From positions 96,001 to 160,000 of IMG/VR virus record IMGVR_UViG_3300031992_000007: a stretch of DNA of 64,000 nucleotides. The stretch is one strand, 5' to 3'. The stretch comes from a virus. Lineage: Duplodnaviria; Caudoviricetes. The notes below the pieces were generated by a model. That model ran no database searches. It had not been told where the DNA came from and saw only the letters and a program-made list of their open reading frames with translations. Both the position numbers and the translations under genes were made by a program. Shown here piece after piece: positions 8,061 through 18,054 of this stretch (its first letter is position 1; each line of letters begins with the position of its first letter).

Positions 8061-9878
8061 ATGGCTGAGTCCAATGAACAAACCCCCGTGAAGCCGGCAG
8101 AACCTATTGCCGTCGATGTAGATGCTGCCGTGGACGAATCGGCCGGTGTTGTGTCGACCGAACCTACTCCGGCTCCTATCATTCCCCCGTCCGGAGATGC
8201 ACCTGCAACCACAGTTGAAGATTTGTTCCGTGCTGGAGAAGAAGAACGTGCCAAGCAGGAAGCTGCCCAGCAGACCGGAGCTAGTACTAGCGAAGCACCT
8301 GACCTTCCTGCAGCTGAGGCCCCGGCAAAAGAAGCTGCTCCCTCCGCTGAAGAACAGCCTGTTCCTCAGGCTAAACCCGCAGAATCTCCAGCCGAATCGC
8401 CGGCAGCACCAGCTGCCGAACCTAAGTCTTCTGTAGAAGATGAAGACGTCTTCGGCGAGGAAACTGAGGACGATGATGATGAACCTTTCGATGATATTCC
8501 TACCGACCTCAAGGTGAACTCCATCCTTCTGGACAACATCGATGTTGCCCTCCAGGATATTCGCGCTACGTACAAGACAGCCAAGGAGTTCGATGCTGCT
8601 CAGAACGACCCAACCTCCAAGCTGAGCAAGTACATGACAGCTGCTCTGCATGGTTGGCCCACGGGCAAGCGCAACTTCCTTATCCCTGTTATCAAGGGAA
8701 TCGAGGGTAACCTCGTCAAGCAGGCTGAAGCAGGAGTCCAGCCCATTGTTGATGGTCGTCCTACCATCACTCATAAGCGTGGAGTTAACCTCAGTGGTAA
8801 GGAAGCCACTCTCGTTCTCCAGAGCTGCCTTGGCGGTCTGCATCGTGTGTGCCTGCTCAACTCTGGTTTCTGGGTGCTTCTCCGTGCTCCTGGTATGGAT
8901 GAACTCAATGAGCTCTTCAACACAATCGATGCTGAAGGTAAGGAACTCGGTCGCTCGCTCGGTGCGCACTACGCACTCATCTCTGACATGTACATCAAGA
9001 AGCGTTTCTTGGATATGCTCATCAAGAAGAGGATCATCCAGGATTCGAACTTCAAGGATATCTTCGAGAAGGATGCATTCAATCGCGTTCTGTCGTTCAA
9101 TGACTACGACGCCCTTATGCACGGCATCCTGTCCATGTGCACCCGTCAGGGTCTGCGTCTGCAGCTTTACTGTCCGAAGTGCCACGAGGAGTCCACTGCG
9201 ACGAACATGGACATCAGCGCTTGCAAGTTCATCAACCGCAACTTGCTCACTGACAGCATGATCGACCACTGGAACAGGAAGCGTGATGCCAAGGGTCAGC
9301 GTATCATCCACACTCGTGATGATCTCCAGAAGTATCAGGAGATGCTCCCTGTGCAGACTGAGACGATTACCCAGGTTGTCGATATGGGTCTGAATAAGAC
9401 GAAGATTGAACTGGTTCTCTCTGTTCCGTCCTTCGCTCGTTTCTTCCGTGTTGGTGACAAACTCATTGCTGCCATCAACCAGACGATCAACAACATCGCC
9501 AAGGGTAACGAGGCTAAGGAGGAACTGGTTCGTGACTCTCTCGAGATTCACGGTTACCAGCTCATTGCTCCTTGGGTCAAGACGCTCAAGGTCTTCGAGA
9601 ATGAAACCGATACTGAACCAATGATGATCACTGAGGATACCGATGTTATCTTGGATTACCTTGACAGCATCGTTCAGCAGGATCTCACTCTCGATACGAT
9701 CAAGGTGCTTAACGACTTCGTCCAGAAGACTCGTATCACCTACATCGGAACGTTCTCGCTCGACTGCCCGTACTGCCACGCGAAGCCCGATACGGATGGA
9801 ATGAATTTCTACCCGATCGATGTGCACACCGTTTTTTTCGGCCAGTGCTTCCGGTTGTTTCAGAAGGGTTCGAAATAA
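8061..9878 (+). CDS. Putative baseplate-hub/tail assembly chaperone-like protein with acidic Pro/Ala-rich N-terminus
   Basis: 605 aa; CPKC and CPYC zinc-ribbon pairs and a near-terminal FF, resembling T4 gp26/gp51-type assembly proteins (recalled resemblance only). Confidence 0.5.
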   Translation: MAESNEQTPVKPAEPIAVDVDAAVDESAGVVSTEPTPAPIIPPSGDAPATTVEDLFRAGEEERAKQEAAQQTGASTSEAPDLPAAEAPAKEAAPSAEEQPVPQAKPAESPAESPAAPAAEPKSSVEDEDVFGEETEDDDDEPFDDIPTDLKVNSILLDNIDVALQDIRATYKTAKEFDAAQNDPTSKLSKYMTAALHGWPTGKRNFLIPVIKGIEGNLVKQAEAGVQPIVDGRPTITHKRGVNLSGKEATLVLQSCLGGLHRVCLLNSGFWVLLRAPGMDELNELFNTIDAEGKELGRSLGAHYALISDMYIKKRFLDMLIKKRIIQDSNFKDIFEKDAFNRVLSFNDYDALMHGILSMCTRQGLRLQLYCPKCHEESTATNMDISACKFINRNLLTDSMIDHWNRKRDAKGQRIIHTRDDLQKYQEMLPVQTETITQVVDMGLNKTKIELVLSVPSFARFFRVGDKLIAAINQTINNIAKGNEAKEELVRDSLEIHGYQLIAPWVKTLKVFENETDTEPMMITEDTDVILDYLDSIVQQDLTLDTIKVLNDFVQKTRITYIGTFSLDCPYCHAKPDTDGMNFYPIDVHTVFFGQCFRLFQKGSK

Positions 9879-9898
9879 AGAACTATCTAGAGGACACG

Positions 9899-10303
9899 AT
9901 GCACTTTAGGACAGCTTTGATGTCTGTCATTGCTGGAGTGGGTGACGTGTCCAATGGCGTACTGAAAGACTTTGTCCTGCGAACTGCGTTCGCTAAAGAT
10001 CTCGGTTGGTGGGACAAAGTCATGTCTGAGTTCAAAGTAACTGAGAAGTTCCATAGGTTCGAGGTAGTTAACCATGAAGGTGAAGCGGTGGGGGTTGATC
10101 ACCTCACCGCCTTACCTTTTGAACGCGCTTTGGATCTGTGTGGATACGATGTGACTAACGCCAACCTCGGGTTAGGTCTAATGGACCTAATGAAACTAGA
10201 CGTTGCATCCTTCAACCGAGTAGAACAATGGGTGCACAAGTACGCCGAAGAACAACGGAAGCGAATGCCCAAACAGCTAAAAGAAGAAATGGGAGGTAAA
10301 TAA
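9899..10303 (+). CDS. Hypothetical protein; possibly also the -1 frameshift extension of the upstream ORF
   Basis: ATG 9899 with a GAGG RBS; the frame is open back through the T-run at 9832-9838. Confidence 0.6.
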   Translation: MHFRTALMSVIAGVGDVSNGVLKDFVLRTAFAKDLGWWDKVMSEFKVTEKFHRFEVVNHEGEAVGVDHLTALPFERALDLCGYDVTNANLGLGLMDLMKLDVASFNRVEQWVHKYAEEQRKRMPKQLKEEMGGK

Positions 10304-10305
10304 AC

Positions 10306-12246
10306 ATGTCAGAAGCAGAAGTTCCCCCGTACTCGAAAGCCATTCTCAATGCCAACCGAGGAGTGACTAACATAATCGAGGCGGATGTCATTCGAGATGA
10401 TCTGATCAAAGTGATCGACAAACTCTTCAATACTCTCAAGAAGCACTACGGACCTCTTAGTGAGTTCGCAGCTCTTGACAGTAGAGATCCTCTGTCCAAA
10501 ACCAAGTTCACTAAGGATGGTATCAACATCGTTCGTGCTATCGAGTTCACTTCTCCTCAGGAGGACTGGATCCGCAAGACGGTAGCCTTCATCGGTGAGC
10601 GAGTCGAAGCATCTGTTGGCGATGGTACGACATCAGCGATGATGTTCACCTGCGCTATGATGAAGCGCATGATGCAGTCCATTGATAAACTTCGCCCGAT
10701 TTCTTACATCGAGCTTCAGCAGAAGTTTATGAATCTGGTGTACGACATCGAGGACAACATCAAGTTGGTGACCTACGGACCAAAGGTTGACGGAGAGGTC
10801 GATAGTAATCGAGTCCACCAAATCGTCTACAACCAGGTGTATACCGCTTCACACGGTGATGTTGAGTTGGCCAAGGCTGTTGCTGAGCTGTATGACTCAA
10901 CACCTGAGGAACTGTGGGACAAGATGATCTACGAACGTCTGACCTACGAGTCGGACAAGAGATTCGATGTTGTCTACACTGGCGGTCAGTATCAGATGCC
11001 ATGTGAAGTCATGATGAACGGAATGTTGAACCAGGAGTTCTGCTCCAGGTACGATCACGAGCACTGCACGTTCGTGGTTATGAACAACCCGATCATGATG
11101 GACACGGATGCGTATCAGTACGTCATCGATACGATCGAGTCGGATGAAGTTAGCAAGGATAAGCCCCTTGTAATACTCTGTCACTCGAACATCGATACAG
11201 CCACTTATCAGGACCTAATAGCCAGGCTGAACGAGTATGTTACTCGCGATAAACCTGTTGTCATCTTCTACGTCAATACAACGATGGGTGATTGGAATCC
11301 TGAGGTGAACGACTTCCGTACACTTCAGCTTCTCTGTGGAATGGAGATTACCAAACTTCGTCGTACACAGAACAGGAATGAGTTGGTTATCGTCAAGGAT
11401 GTCCATGTGTCCTGGACGAACAAGACCCTTGTTCTTGATCACCTCTACGAAGTTCCTGAAGAGTGGAAAGACGAACCTCGTCGTCACATGGCTATCGACG
11501 GCAAGCACATGCAGTATACGGACTACCTGGCTGCAGTCAAGAAGTACGCCGAAGCATACGCCAAGCTCCCTGCCAACAAGAGCAACAAGGAGATGACGAC
11601 TCTCATGTACAGGACTTATGCCAAGCTGATGTATACCAAGCTCGGTTGCATCCGCATCGGTGGTTCTGTCCATGACAATGTGGCTCTCTTGGATATCGTG
11701 GATGACTGTGTAAGAGCTTCCTCTAGGGCACTCTGCAAAGGTATCACCTTCGGTAACAACAGGTCTCTGTACATCATCCTTAAGGAGTTCGAGGATATCG
11801 AGAAGTACGACCGCGTTCGTTCGTGGTTGATCTCGAACATGATCGCTGCTCTTGAGGATATGGCCGTTGCTCAGATGGAGTTGATCTTCCCTGGTGAGAA
11901 ATTCAGCAAACGCAGGAAACGTCAGTTCGTAGAGACCTGGTACACTCACGCGATCAACGTCATTGGTCTCTTTGACAAGTTGCACGATGATGATGCGGAT
12001 CAATTCGATCCTCTTGTGGATCTGAGTGAGACTAACTTGGTTAATAAGCTGGCAGACGCCCTGGTGTCTACCATGGACTTCCAGGAACTCCTCACCGATC
12101 CTCTTATTACCCAGCCTGCTGATACCGACATTTCTATGCTCAAGCGTTTTGGAGAAGTTGCTCTCAAATTTGCTCTCTCTGGGAGAATCATAGTGAGCAA
12201 TTCTGCCTACGTGAATGATAATGAAAGGAAGGCAGGTAAGAAATGA
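10306..12246 (+). CDS. groEL: Divergent GroEL/chaperonin-like protein
   Basis: HYGP, TKDGINIV, VGDGTTSA (ATP-binding), IRIGG and DDCVRA..AL..GI motifs in GroEL order. Confidence 0.8.
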   Translation: MSEAEVPPYSKAILNANRGVTNIIEADVIRDDLIKVIDKLFNTLKKHYGPLSEFAALDSRDPLSKTKFTKDGINIVRAIEFTSPQEDWIRKTVAFIGERVEASVGDGTTSAMMFTCAMMKRMMQSIDKLRPISYIELQQKFMNLVYDIEDNIKLVTYGPKVDGEVDSNRVHQIVYNQVYTASHGDVELAKAVAELYDSTPEELWDKMIYERLTYESDKRFDVVYTGGQYQMPCEVMMNGMLNQEFCSRYDHEHCTFVVMNNPIMMDTDAYQYVIDTIESDEVSKDKPLVILCHSNIDTATYQDLIARLNEYVTRDKPVVIFYVNTTMGDWNPEVNDFRTLQLLCGMEITKLRRTQNRNELVIVKDVHVSWTNKTLVLDHLYEVPEEWKDEPRRHMAIDGKHMQYTDYLAAVKKYAEAYAKLPANKSNKEMTTLMYRTYAKLMYTKLGCIRIGGSVHDNVALLDIVDDCVRASSRALCKGITFGNNRSLYIILKEFEDIEKYDRVRSWLISNMIAALEDMAVAQMELIFPGEKFSKRRKRQFVETWYTHAINVIGLFDKLHDDDADQFDPLVDLSETNLVNKLADALVSTMDFQELLTDPLITQPADTDISMLKRFGEVALKFALSGRIIVSNSAYVNDNERKAGKK

Positions 12247-12650
12247 GTTCATCTACAAATGTGACGATCAATGGCATCGTCTGTGTCAAAGAGCTGGAAG
12301 TCTCCTTTAAGACCAAGAGTCGTGTTGACTCTCAGACCTACTACGGAACTATCGTCGGTACTGTGAACTTTGATGTCGCCGCTAACTTCGACGACATCAT
12401 CGCTATTCACAAGAACATGGTTGCTTCTGTAGCCAAGTCTGAAGTGACGACTCAGGAGTTCCTTCTTGTCAAGACACGTGATGGTGCTACGAGGCCCTTC
12501 GCGGTGAATTGGATCGACGCTGAAACGTTTGAACGAGTTGATGCTCAGTCTGACGCAGTTATCGTCATCCACAGAATCACTGAGGAAAAGCTGATAGAGA
12601 TCATGACTGAGATCAGAGGTCTTGGTTACGAAGTCGAGAAACGCAGCTAA
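12243..12650 (+). CDS. Hypothetical protein
   Basis: 135-aa ORF; ATGA overlap with the chaperonin stop. Confidence 0.75.
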   Translation: MSSSTNVTINGIVCVKELEVSFKTKSRVDSQTYYGTIVGTVNFDVAANFDDIIAIHKNMVASVAKSEVTTQEFLLVKTRDGATRPFAVNWIDAETFERVDAQSDAVIVIHRITEEKLIEIMTEIRGLGYEVEKRS

Positions 12651-12669
12651 CGAAAAAATAAGTTGGTTA

Positions 12670-12698
12670 CCTAGGGCTGCCAGTGCGGCAGCCCTAGG
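12670..12698. terminator. Terminator between convergent genes
   Basis: CCTAGGGCTGCC...GGCAGCCCTAGG stem. Confidence 0.75.
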
Positions 12699-12708
12699 AT
12701 GTTGGTCT

Positions 12709-13926
12709 TTATTTCAACTCAGGGTTGAGATCCTTCATTACAGAAGACATCTTTGACTGGATGACACGAGCGTCCCTATCAAGAGTGGTAGAGACACGCA
12801 TCAGTTTGGTTACGATGGTTCCGAAGATGTTGGTCAATGTTGTGAAGTTCCGGAGGGTCACCTGTTTACGCAGGTATTCGGGATCCTCGTTATCTACATT
12901 CACATTGGCTGTCATCTGACGAACATCACTTTCTATCTTCCGTTTGACAGAATCAAGAAGTTTCTGTTTGTCGTCAAGACTCTTCACAGTGTCGTACGCA
13001 AGCTGAGATGCAACACCAAGCTGTTTGAGATAGTGCTCTTGTTGTGGTTTATCAAAGCTGGAATACCCAAATTTGATTACAGGAATCTGATCCCCACTCT
13101 CGCAGACAGGAGCAAACTGGATACCCATGTTGTCCGAGGCCACGAACATGAAACCGTTGTGCTTCATGTCCGGAGGTACTTTGAACTCAGGATGATCTTT
13201 GGAAGTTACCCACCAGGTCTGCAAGACTTGGATCACACAGCCGCGAGATCCTTCGATCTCTCGAGAGATAGCTTCCTGGAGTTGCTTACCAAGAGGGGAG
13301 TTGGTAATGTCATACATTATACTACCCATCTGGACAACTATATCCGAAAGCGCAGCATAGCTCTTGATGATCGGGATGATAGCATCAGGATCCTTCTGGG
13401 AGATATCGGCGAAGCAATACTTCACAGCAGCTTCAGTTTGACCTCCGTTCTTCTCCATGAGATCAACAACCTTTCTGTAGGTTGTCTCAAGTTCACCTTT
13501 CGGACGACCCTGGTGTACCCAGAGTCCCATGATCCACACAAGGGCTTTCTTAATCTTGACGTAGAATGCTTTGATCCATTCCCAGACAGCCTTGGCCCAC
13601 TTCTTGATGGTGTCAATAATGGCACCTTCACAAGCAGCTTGCTTGGCCTCATCTCCACCGAAGAACTTGGGCATCTCAACATCAACAACAGCCATGAAGT
13701 TGTTGTCTCTATTGATGATGTCAAACCACTCGGTGGAATAACCAGCAGTTTTGAGAGAGTCCTTCGCCAAGGTCAGCTCATCGATAAGATGCATGCAGCC
13801 CTGGATCTTCTGACTGAGTTCTGTGAGTTCGCCCATAAGCTGGGCATTCTCAGTAACTGCATCCAGTCTCCTCAGCTCCTCAGTCTGTTCGTATGCTCCG
13901 ACCAGATTTGATGCAACAAGTTTCAT
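12709..13926 (-). CDS. Putative internal head/virion structural protein
   Basis: Propeptide-like N-terminus ending A-C-E-G, then the amphipathic IIDTIKKWAKAVWEWIKAFY helix typical of phiKZ-like head proteins. Confidence 0.6.
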   Translation of the reverse strand: MKLVASNLVGAYEQTEELRRLDAVTENAQLMGELTELSQKIQGCMHLIDELTLAKDSLKTAGYSTEWFDIINRDNNFMAVVDVEMPKFFGGDEAKQAACEGAIIDTIKKWAKAVWEWIKAFYVKIKKALVWIMGLWVHQGRPKGELETTYRKVVDLMEKNGGQTEAAVKYCFADISQKDPDAIIPIIKSYAALSDIVVQMGSIMYDITNSPLGKQLQEAISREIEGSRGCVIQVLQTWWVTSKDHPEFKVPPDMKHNGFMFVASDNMGIQFAPVCESGDQIPVIKFGYSSFDKPQQEHYLKQLGVASQLAYDTVKSLDDKQKLLDSVKRKIESDVRQMTANVNVDNEDPEYLRKQVTLRNFTTLTNIFGTIVTKLMRVSTTLDRDARVIQSKMSSVMKDLNPELK

Positions 13927-15513
13927 TTATTTAGATCCTTTACGTTTTTGTGCCAGAGCCTGAAGCTTCATTCCATAGAAGTGGATCATGTTGTTGCTCA
14001 GTCTCTGAATGTCGTCAAGAAGGTTGTCAAGCTCACGGGAGATCCGCCCATGAACGATACAGTCGAAGATACCAGGGATGGAGATGTACGAGTTAAATGT
14101 CTCGTAACCTTTAATAACTTTGGCCATGTATTCATCATACTGACTGCAGTTATCGATCTTCTCCTTGATAACCTCGATGTCGTCCATATACTTACGGACC
14201 AGTTCAGGATCCGCAGAGTTGGCTTTGAGTTGCTGAATCGAGAGTGCCATCAGTTCCTTGAACCTCTGACATCCAGCAGGATAGAGACTATAGCTCCAAT
14301 CACCACAAATAAGCGGTGCGTACACAAGCAGTTTCATCTTGTCGAGGATGCTTATGTTCTTGTGAAGCCTCTCTATTGCATTGATTTTCTCGATCTCCTC
14401 CTCACTCTTACCAATACGGTTGAACAGCTGTCCAAGTTTGGTAAGCGCACTGACTTGGTCTGACCCATAGCCGTGCGAGAAAGCGTACTCATCAGCTTTA
14501 CGCTCCTGCCAGGTAACCATCCTTCCGTTAGCACGGAGATCACCGAATTTCTTCTTCTGATCGGATGCTTTGTACTTGGAATTAGCCTGGGTACCGAACA
14601 GCATCTGGGCTGGAATAGCTATCGCATCGAAGATGATGTAGATGACAGCCATGATGAGTCCACCAATGAGTTTCTTCTTGGTAGGAGGATCCCCAGCAGC
14701 TCCAGCCTTAGCGAAGTCAGCTTCGAACCTCAACGCAAGAGCATTGACTTTCTTGGCAGCATCTTCGTTACCACGGAGTTTCATTACCGCAGCTGCTTCC
14801 TTAGCCAGACTTACAGCACCCTTGTAGTCTGTATCGTGAGCAGCCATGTAAGCGGCACTCAGATAGTTGAAGGTAGCGGTTCTGGCATACAGGTCTGCAC
14901 AGTGCTCAACGAGAGTAAGAGTGTGCCCTATCTCGTGAAGGACAATAGCCGTGATCTCTCTAGCAGTGAAGTTGTTAACACCACTGCCTTTAGGGAGGAA
15001 GTCAGCCATCAAGAAACCTGTACGGATATCGAATCCGATAACAGAAGTGACGAGCTGTTTGATCTTATCGCGATCTTCCTTCTTGATAGATCCAGATATC
15101 TTGTCGTAGCTGCTAGCCAAAGTCACAAGATCCTTGGCAGACAACTCATCTGGGATATTCGTGTGCCAATACTTCTCAGTATAGCCACCATTGAGAATGT
15201 TCTCGATCTGAAGGGTGCCAGCACCACTTCCGGAACCACCGAAGGTCATCCAGGTGCAGAAGCCACTGTCCCACAGTTCGACGTATCTAACCTCCGAGAT
15301 CCAGAGACCAGTATACCTCCAAGTAAGGTCCATGAACTTCTTCGCGCAGTTGTTGTGGAAGAACTCTTTGACCTTCTTGTAACGAATGCGGTAGTCCAGG
15401 TTAGCAAGTTCCTTGTCACGGTAGTCTATAACAGACTGCCAGAGAGCATCGAGCTCTTTTCCGAACTTGCTTTGGACGGTAGCCTGCATAGCCTCAAGAG
15501 CTAATTTAAACAT
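13927..15513 (-). CDS. Putative virion protein with zinc-metalloprotease motif
   Basis: EITAIVLHEIGH (HExxH) and downstream ERKADEYA...GYG; ALE site near the N-terminus. Confidence 0.65.
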   Translation of the reverse strand: MFKLALEAMQATVQSKFGKELDALWQSVIDYRDKELANLDYRIRYKKVKEFFHNNCAKKFMDLTWRYTGLWISEVRYVELWDSGFCTWMTFGGSGSGAGTLQIENILNGGYTEKYWHTNIPDELSAKDLVTLASSYDKISGSIKKEDRDKIKQLVTSVIGFDIRTGFLMADFLPKGSGVNNFTAREITAIVLHEIGHTLTLVEHCADLYARTATFNYLSAAYMAAHDTDYKGAVSLAKEAAAVMKLRGNEDAAKKVNALALRFEADFAKAGAAGDPPTKKKLIGGLIMAVIYIIFDAIAIPAQMLFGTQANSKYKASDQKKKFGDLRANGRMVTWQERKADEYAFSHGYGSDQVSALTKLGQLFNRIGKSEEEIEKINAIERLHKNISILDKMKLLVYAPLICGDWSYSLYPAGCQRFKELMALSIQQLKANSADPELVRKYMDDIEVIKEKIDNCSQYDEYMAKVIKGYETFNSYISIPGIFDCIVHGRISRELDNLLDDIQRLSNNMIHFYGMKLQALAQKRKGSK

Positions 15514-15569
15514 ACCGAAATCTCCATTAAAAGACGGGTTATAGTATGGATTCAAACAAAAAAGAAAGG

Positions 15570-15601
15570 CAGGACCGGTCCCTTTTCGGGGACCGGTCTG
15601 C
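15570..15601 (-). terminator. Intrinsic terminator
   Basis: GACCGGTCCC...GGGACCGGTC stem with an A-run on its left (U-tract on -). Confidence 0.75.
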
Positions 15602-15654
15602 TGAAAGAACTAGTTGTTACAGAACCGATGACCATCTGAATAAGTTTGACCAAA

Positions 15655-15717
15655 TTAAAGCAGCACAATAGCCGCTTTGCCGCCAGTCCAGGCAGCCAGA
15701 ATAGCCACGATCAACAT
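15655..15717 (-). CDS. Putative 20-aa hydrophobic peptide MLIVAILAAWTGGKAAIVLL
   Basis: Hand translation; AAGGAA RBS, own TATATTAC promoter and downstream terminator. Confidence 0.5.
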   Translation of the reverse strand: MLIVAILAAWTGGKAAIVLL

Positions 15718-15752
15718 TTCGATATTTCCTTTCATTGCTTAGTTGCAACTAA

Positions 15753-15760
15753 GTAATATA
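15753..15760 (-). promoter_or_regulatory. Early promoter motif TATATTAC
   Basis: GTAATATA on + strand. Confidence 0.65.
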
Positions 15761-15783
15761 TCGACATGCAAATTCGATTAACA

Positions 15784-16794
15784 CTAGCTCCTAATGAACT
15801 CATCGAACTTCCTAGCGAATGTTTTATCGACCATTCCATTATCCTCCATCAACTTCAGAGCCTGAGAGTGAATGGCTTTGAGTACATTCGTCGTCCCAGT
15901 CGTCCTGTTGTTGATGATGGCTATGGAATTTCCGATGATTCTAGTCAGTCGGAGTTTGAGGGCGATGACCTTCTGCAAGTCCCTGACGTTATCGACAGAA
16001 GTGTTGGCGTTCATCGAATCAGCAATACGCTTCTCGAGGACCTTGATTTCCTTTTCCAGGTTAGTCTTGGTTTCTTTGAGCGTCTCAACTCCCGATAGAG
16101 AGTTGATGTGTTCGTCAACACACTTCTGAAGACCGCTGAGAGTCCAACCAGCCTGAGCGAAGCTGTTCCACCTTCTACCAGATATCTGAGCACACAGATC
16201 CGTGAACTGATCGTTCTGAACCTTAATGGCTCCGACACTGGAGAACTGAGCAAGCAGATCATCTACTGACTGATGATCTGTGCAAGCAGCACAGAACTTG
16301 ATCAGGTTGATGAGGTGCTTACTCTTCTGGATAACACTTATCGTGTCTGTCTGAGAGATAACTGCACAGGGAATCGATTCGAATTTCTTGACTATATCAG
16401 GACGGCTAGCAAGAAGAACGAGATGTTTCGTGATACCAAGGAATTGCTTCCTAGACCTGTAGTGTTTGTCAAACAGAGTCTTGAAGATATCGACGATGAA
16501 CTCGTAGATCTTGATGATAGCATTCTTGAGGCCAGCCAGGATCTTCTTGATGAAAGCGACTACACCACTAGAGTTCTCTCCCTTACCACCGATGTTGATA
16601 GTCAACCCTTCGGCGCAGATGGCAGAATACTTCGTGACATAGTCAAGGACTTCCTGAGGAATCTCCTCATCCCTGTCAAGCATGTTGACCCTCTGAAGCA
16701 TTTCGGAACAATGCTCGTACTCGTCGAGTTTGAGGTTTAAGGAGTAGAGCAGATTCGAAATTACCGCAGTGCTGTCACTTACGTTACAAACCAT
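15784..16794 (-). CDS. Putative internal head/virion structural protein
   Basis: CAEG site followed by FIKKILAGLKNAIIKIYEFI; similar architecture to 12709-13926 and 55652-56584. Confidence 0.6.
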   Translation of the reverse strand: MVCNVSDSTAVISNLLYSLNLKLDEYEHCSEMLQRVNMLDRDEEIPQEVLDYVTKYSAICAEGLTINIGGKGENSSGVVAFIKKILAGLKNAIIKIYEFIVDIFKTLFDKHYRSRKQFLGITKHLVLLASRPDIVKKFESIPCAVISQTDTISVIQKSKHLINLIKFCAACTDHQSVDDLLAQFSSVGAIKVQNDQFTDLCAQISGRRWNSFAQAGWTLSGLQKCVDEHINSLSGVETLKETKTNLEKEIKVLEKRIADSMNANTSVDNVRDLQKVIALKLRLTRIIGNSIAIINNRTTGTTNVLKAIHSQALKLMEDNGMVDKTFARKFDEFIRS

Positions 16795-16813
16795 AATGTT
16801 TCTACCTCCTTAT

Positions 16814-18031
16814 TTAACCACAGCAGGGATCTTCAGCACAATCACAGCCACACGGACAGCAGTCCCGTGTCTGTCCAGTCTTTTCCATATGCCGTCTAGC
16901 ATATTCCGACAGATGACGAAGTTTCACCCTCTCAAGAGCGATCTCGTATTTCACGAACATCTTGACTGCAGACGAAGTTGCCGGGAACAGAGATGTAAGG
17001 TAATGCTTGATCATCTTCTGGTCCCAGTGATGCATCGGGAGGCAGTCGATTTCGTCGTTGTACATGCTGAGCATGTTCATCCTGCCATTATGTCCCAGCA
17101 TGAACGAAGCAAGCGGAGACATCTTGGAGCATAAGTCAACAGTGTGATCTACTGAGGACATACGGAGGTTGTGCTGATCACGAACTCCGTAGAACGGCTC
17201 ATCGTACCTGCAACCACGTTCACGACCCACCTCAGCCATCTTGGCATACTCGTGGACAGTAAAGATGTTGGAAGCAGCGACATAGCCATTCTTGTAGTCC
17301 AGGACAAGCAGAACATCAATCAGGTTGCACAGAGCATCCCACACGAATTTGTTAGGCAGCTTGCGAGACAATTGGAATTCTCCAGTGACTCGGCGAGCGA
17401 TGCTCCTGAGTCGGCAAATCGTGTTAGCCTGCTTTGGTGTCACTGCATCGAAACCATATTTCCGCCAGATGTCAGTCTGAGCCATGTGGTTGTACTCAGC
17501 CAGCTTAGCCCGACGATCGTTGGTAATGGTGAGCGACTCGTTGATGATAACTGCCCTGAGGGAGTCAATGACCGGACGATGGTCAATGAGCTCAGCCTCA
17601 TTGGTAATATTAGCAGTGTCGAGAATATCCCGAACCTTCTTTGGAAGTGCGTCGATCCTAGTTCCCCACCCGTCACAGGGTGAGTAAAGTTCACCATAAT
17701 CACAGCCACTGTACAGAAGTGCACAAACTTCGTGGAAGAGCACTGCCATTCCGTAGTCGTACGTCATCTTCCTGAGTCCAGTAGGGATATTCAGGAGAGT
17801 GTCCTTCTTATTAAGCGCAGCACTGTGCCAGTCCTCATGAGTGGACCTTTCCAGGTCACTCATCACACATTCCTTAAGACCCGAGTTGTCGCAACAAACC
17901 AGATACATAAGGACTGCGTCGTCCTTGACTGATTCCCCGACTTCACGCAGTACATCAACAGCGGCGATGTTTCTTGCCAACTGTAGCCTAGAATCGACAG
18001 GCACTAGTGGCCAACTGAAGTTATAATCCAT
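16814..18031 (-). CDS. Hypothetical protein with Cys-rich C-terminus
   Basis: 405-aa ORF with an AGGAGG RBS. Confidence 0.75.
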   Translation of the reverse strand: MDYNFSWPLVPVDSRLQLARNIAAVDVLREVGESVKDDAVLMYLVCCDNSGLKECVMSDLERSTHEDWHSAALNKKDTLLNIPTGLRKMTYDYGMAVLFHEVCALLYSGCDYGELYSPCDGWGTRIDALPKKVRDILDTANITNEAELIDHRPVIDSLRAVIINESLTITNDRRAKLAEYNHMAQTDIWRKYGFDAVTPKQANTICRLRSIARRVTGEFQLSRKLPNKFVWDALCNLIDVLLVLDYKNGYVAASNIFTVHEYAKMAEVGRERGCRYDEPFYGVRDQHNLRMSSVDHTVDLCSKMSPLASFMLGHNGRMNMLSMYNDEIDCLPMHHWDQKMIKHYLTSLFPATSSAVKMFVKYEIALERVKLRHLSEYARRHMEKTGQTRDCCPCGCDCAEDPCCG

Positions 18032-18054
18032 AGTGCTTTACCTCCTAGGTTAAG

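Noticed and set aside
8013-9827. Long antisense ORFs (e.g. 8013-9827, 22948-24351, 31861-33297)
   Set aside because: They are shadows of strongly codon-biased genes on the opposite strand, with no RBS or motifs.
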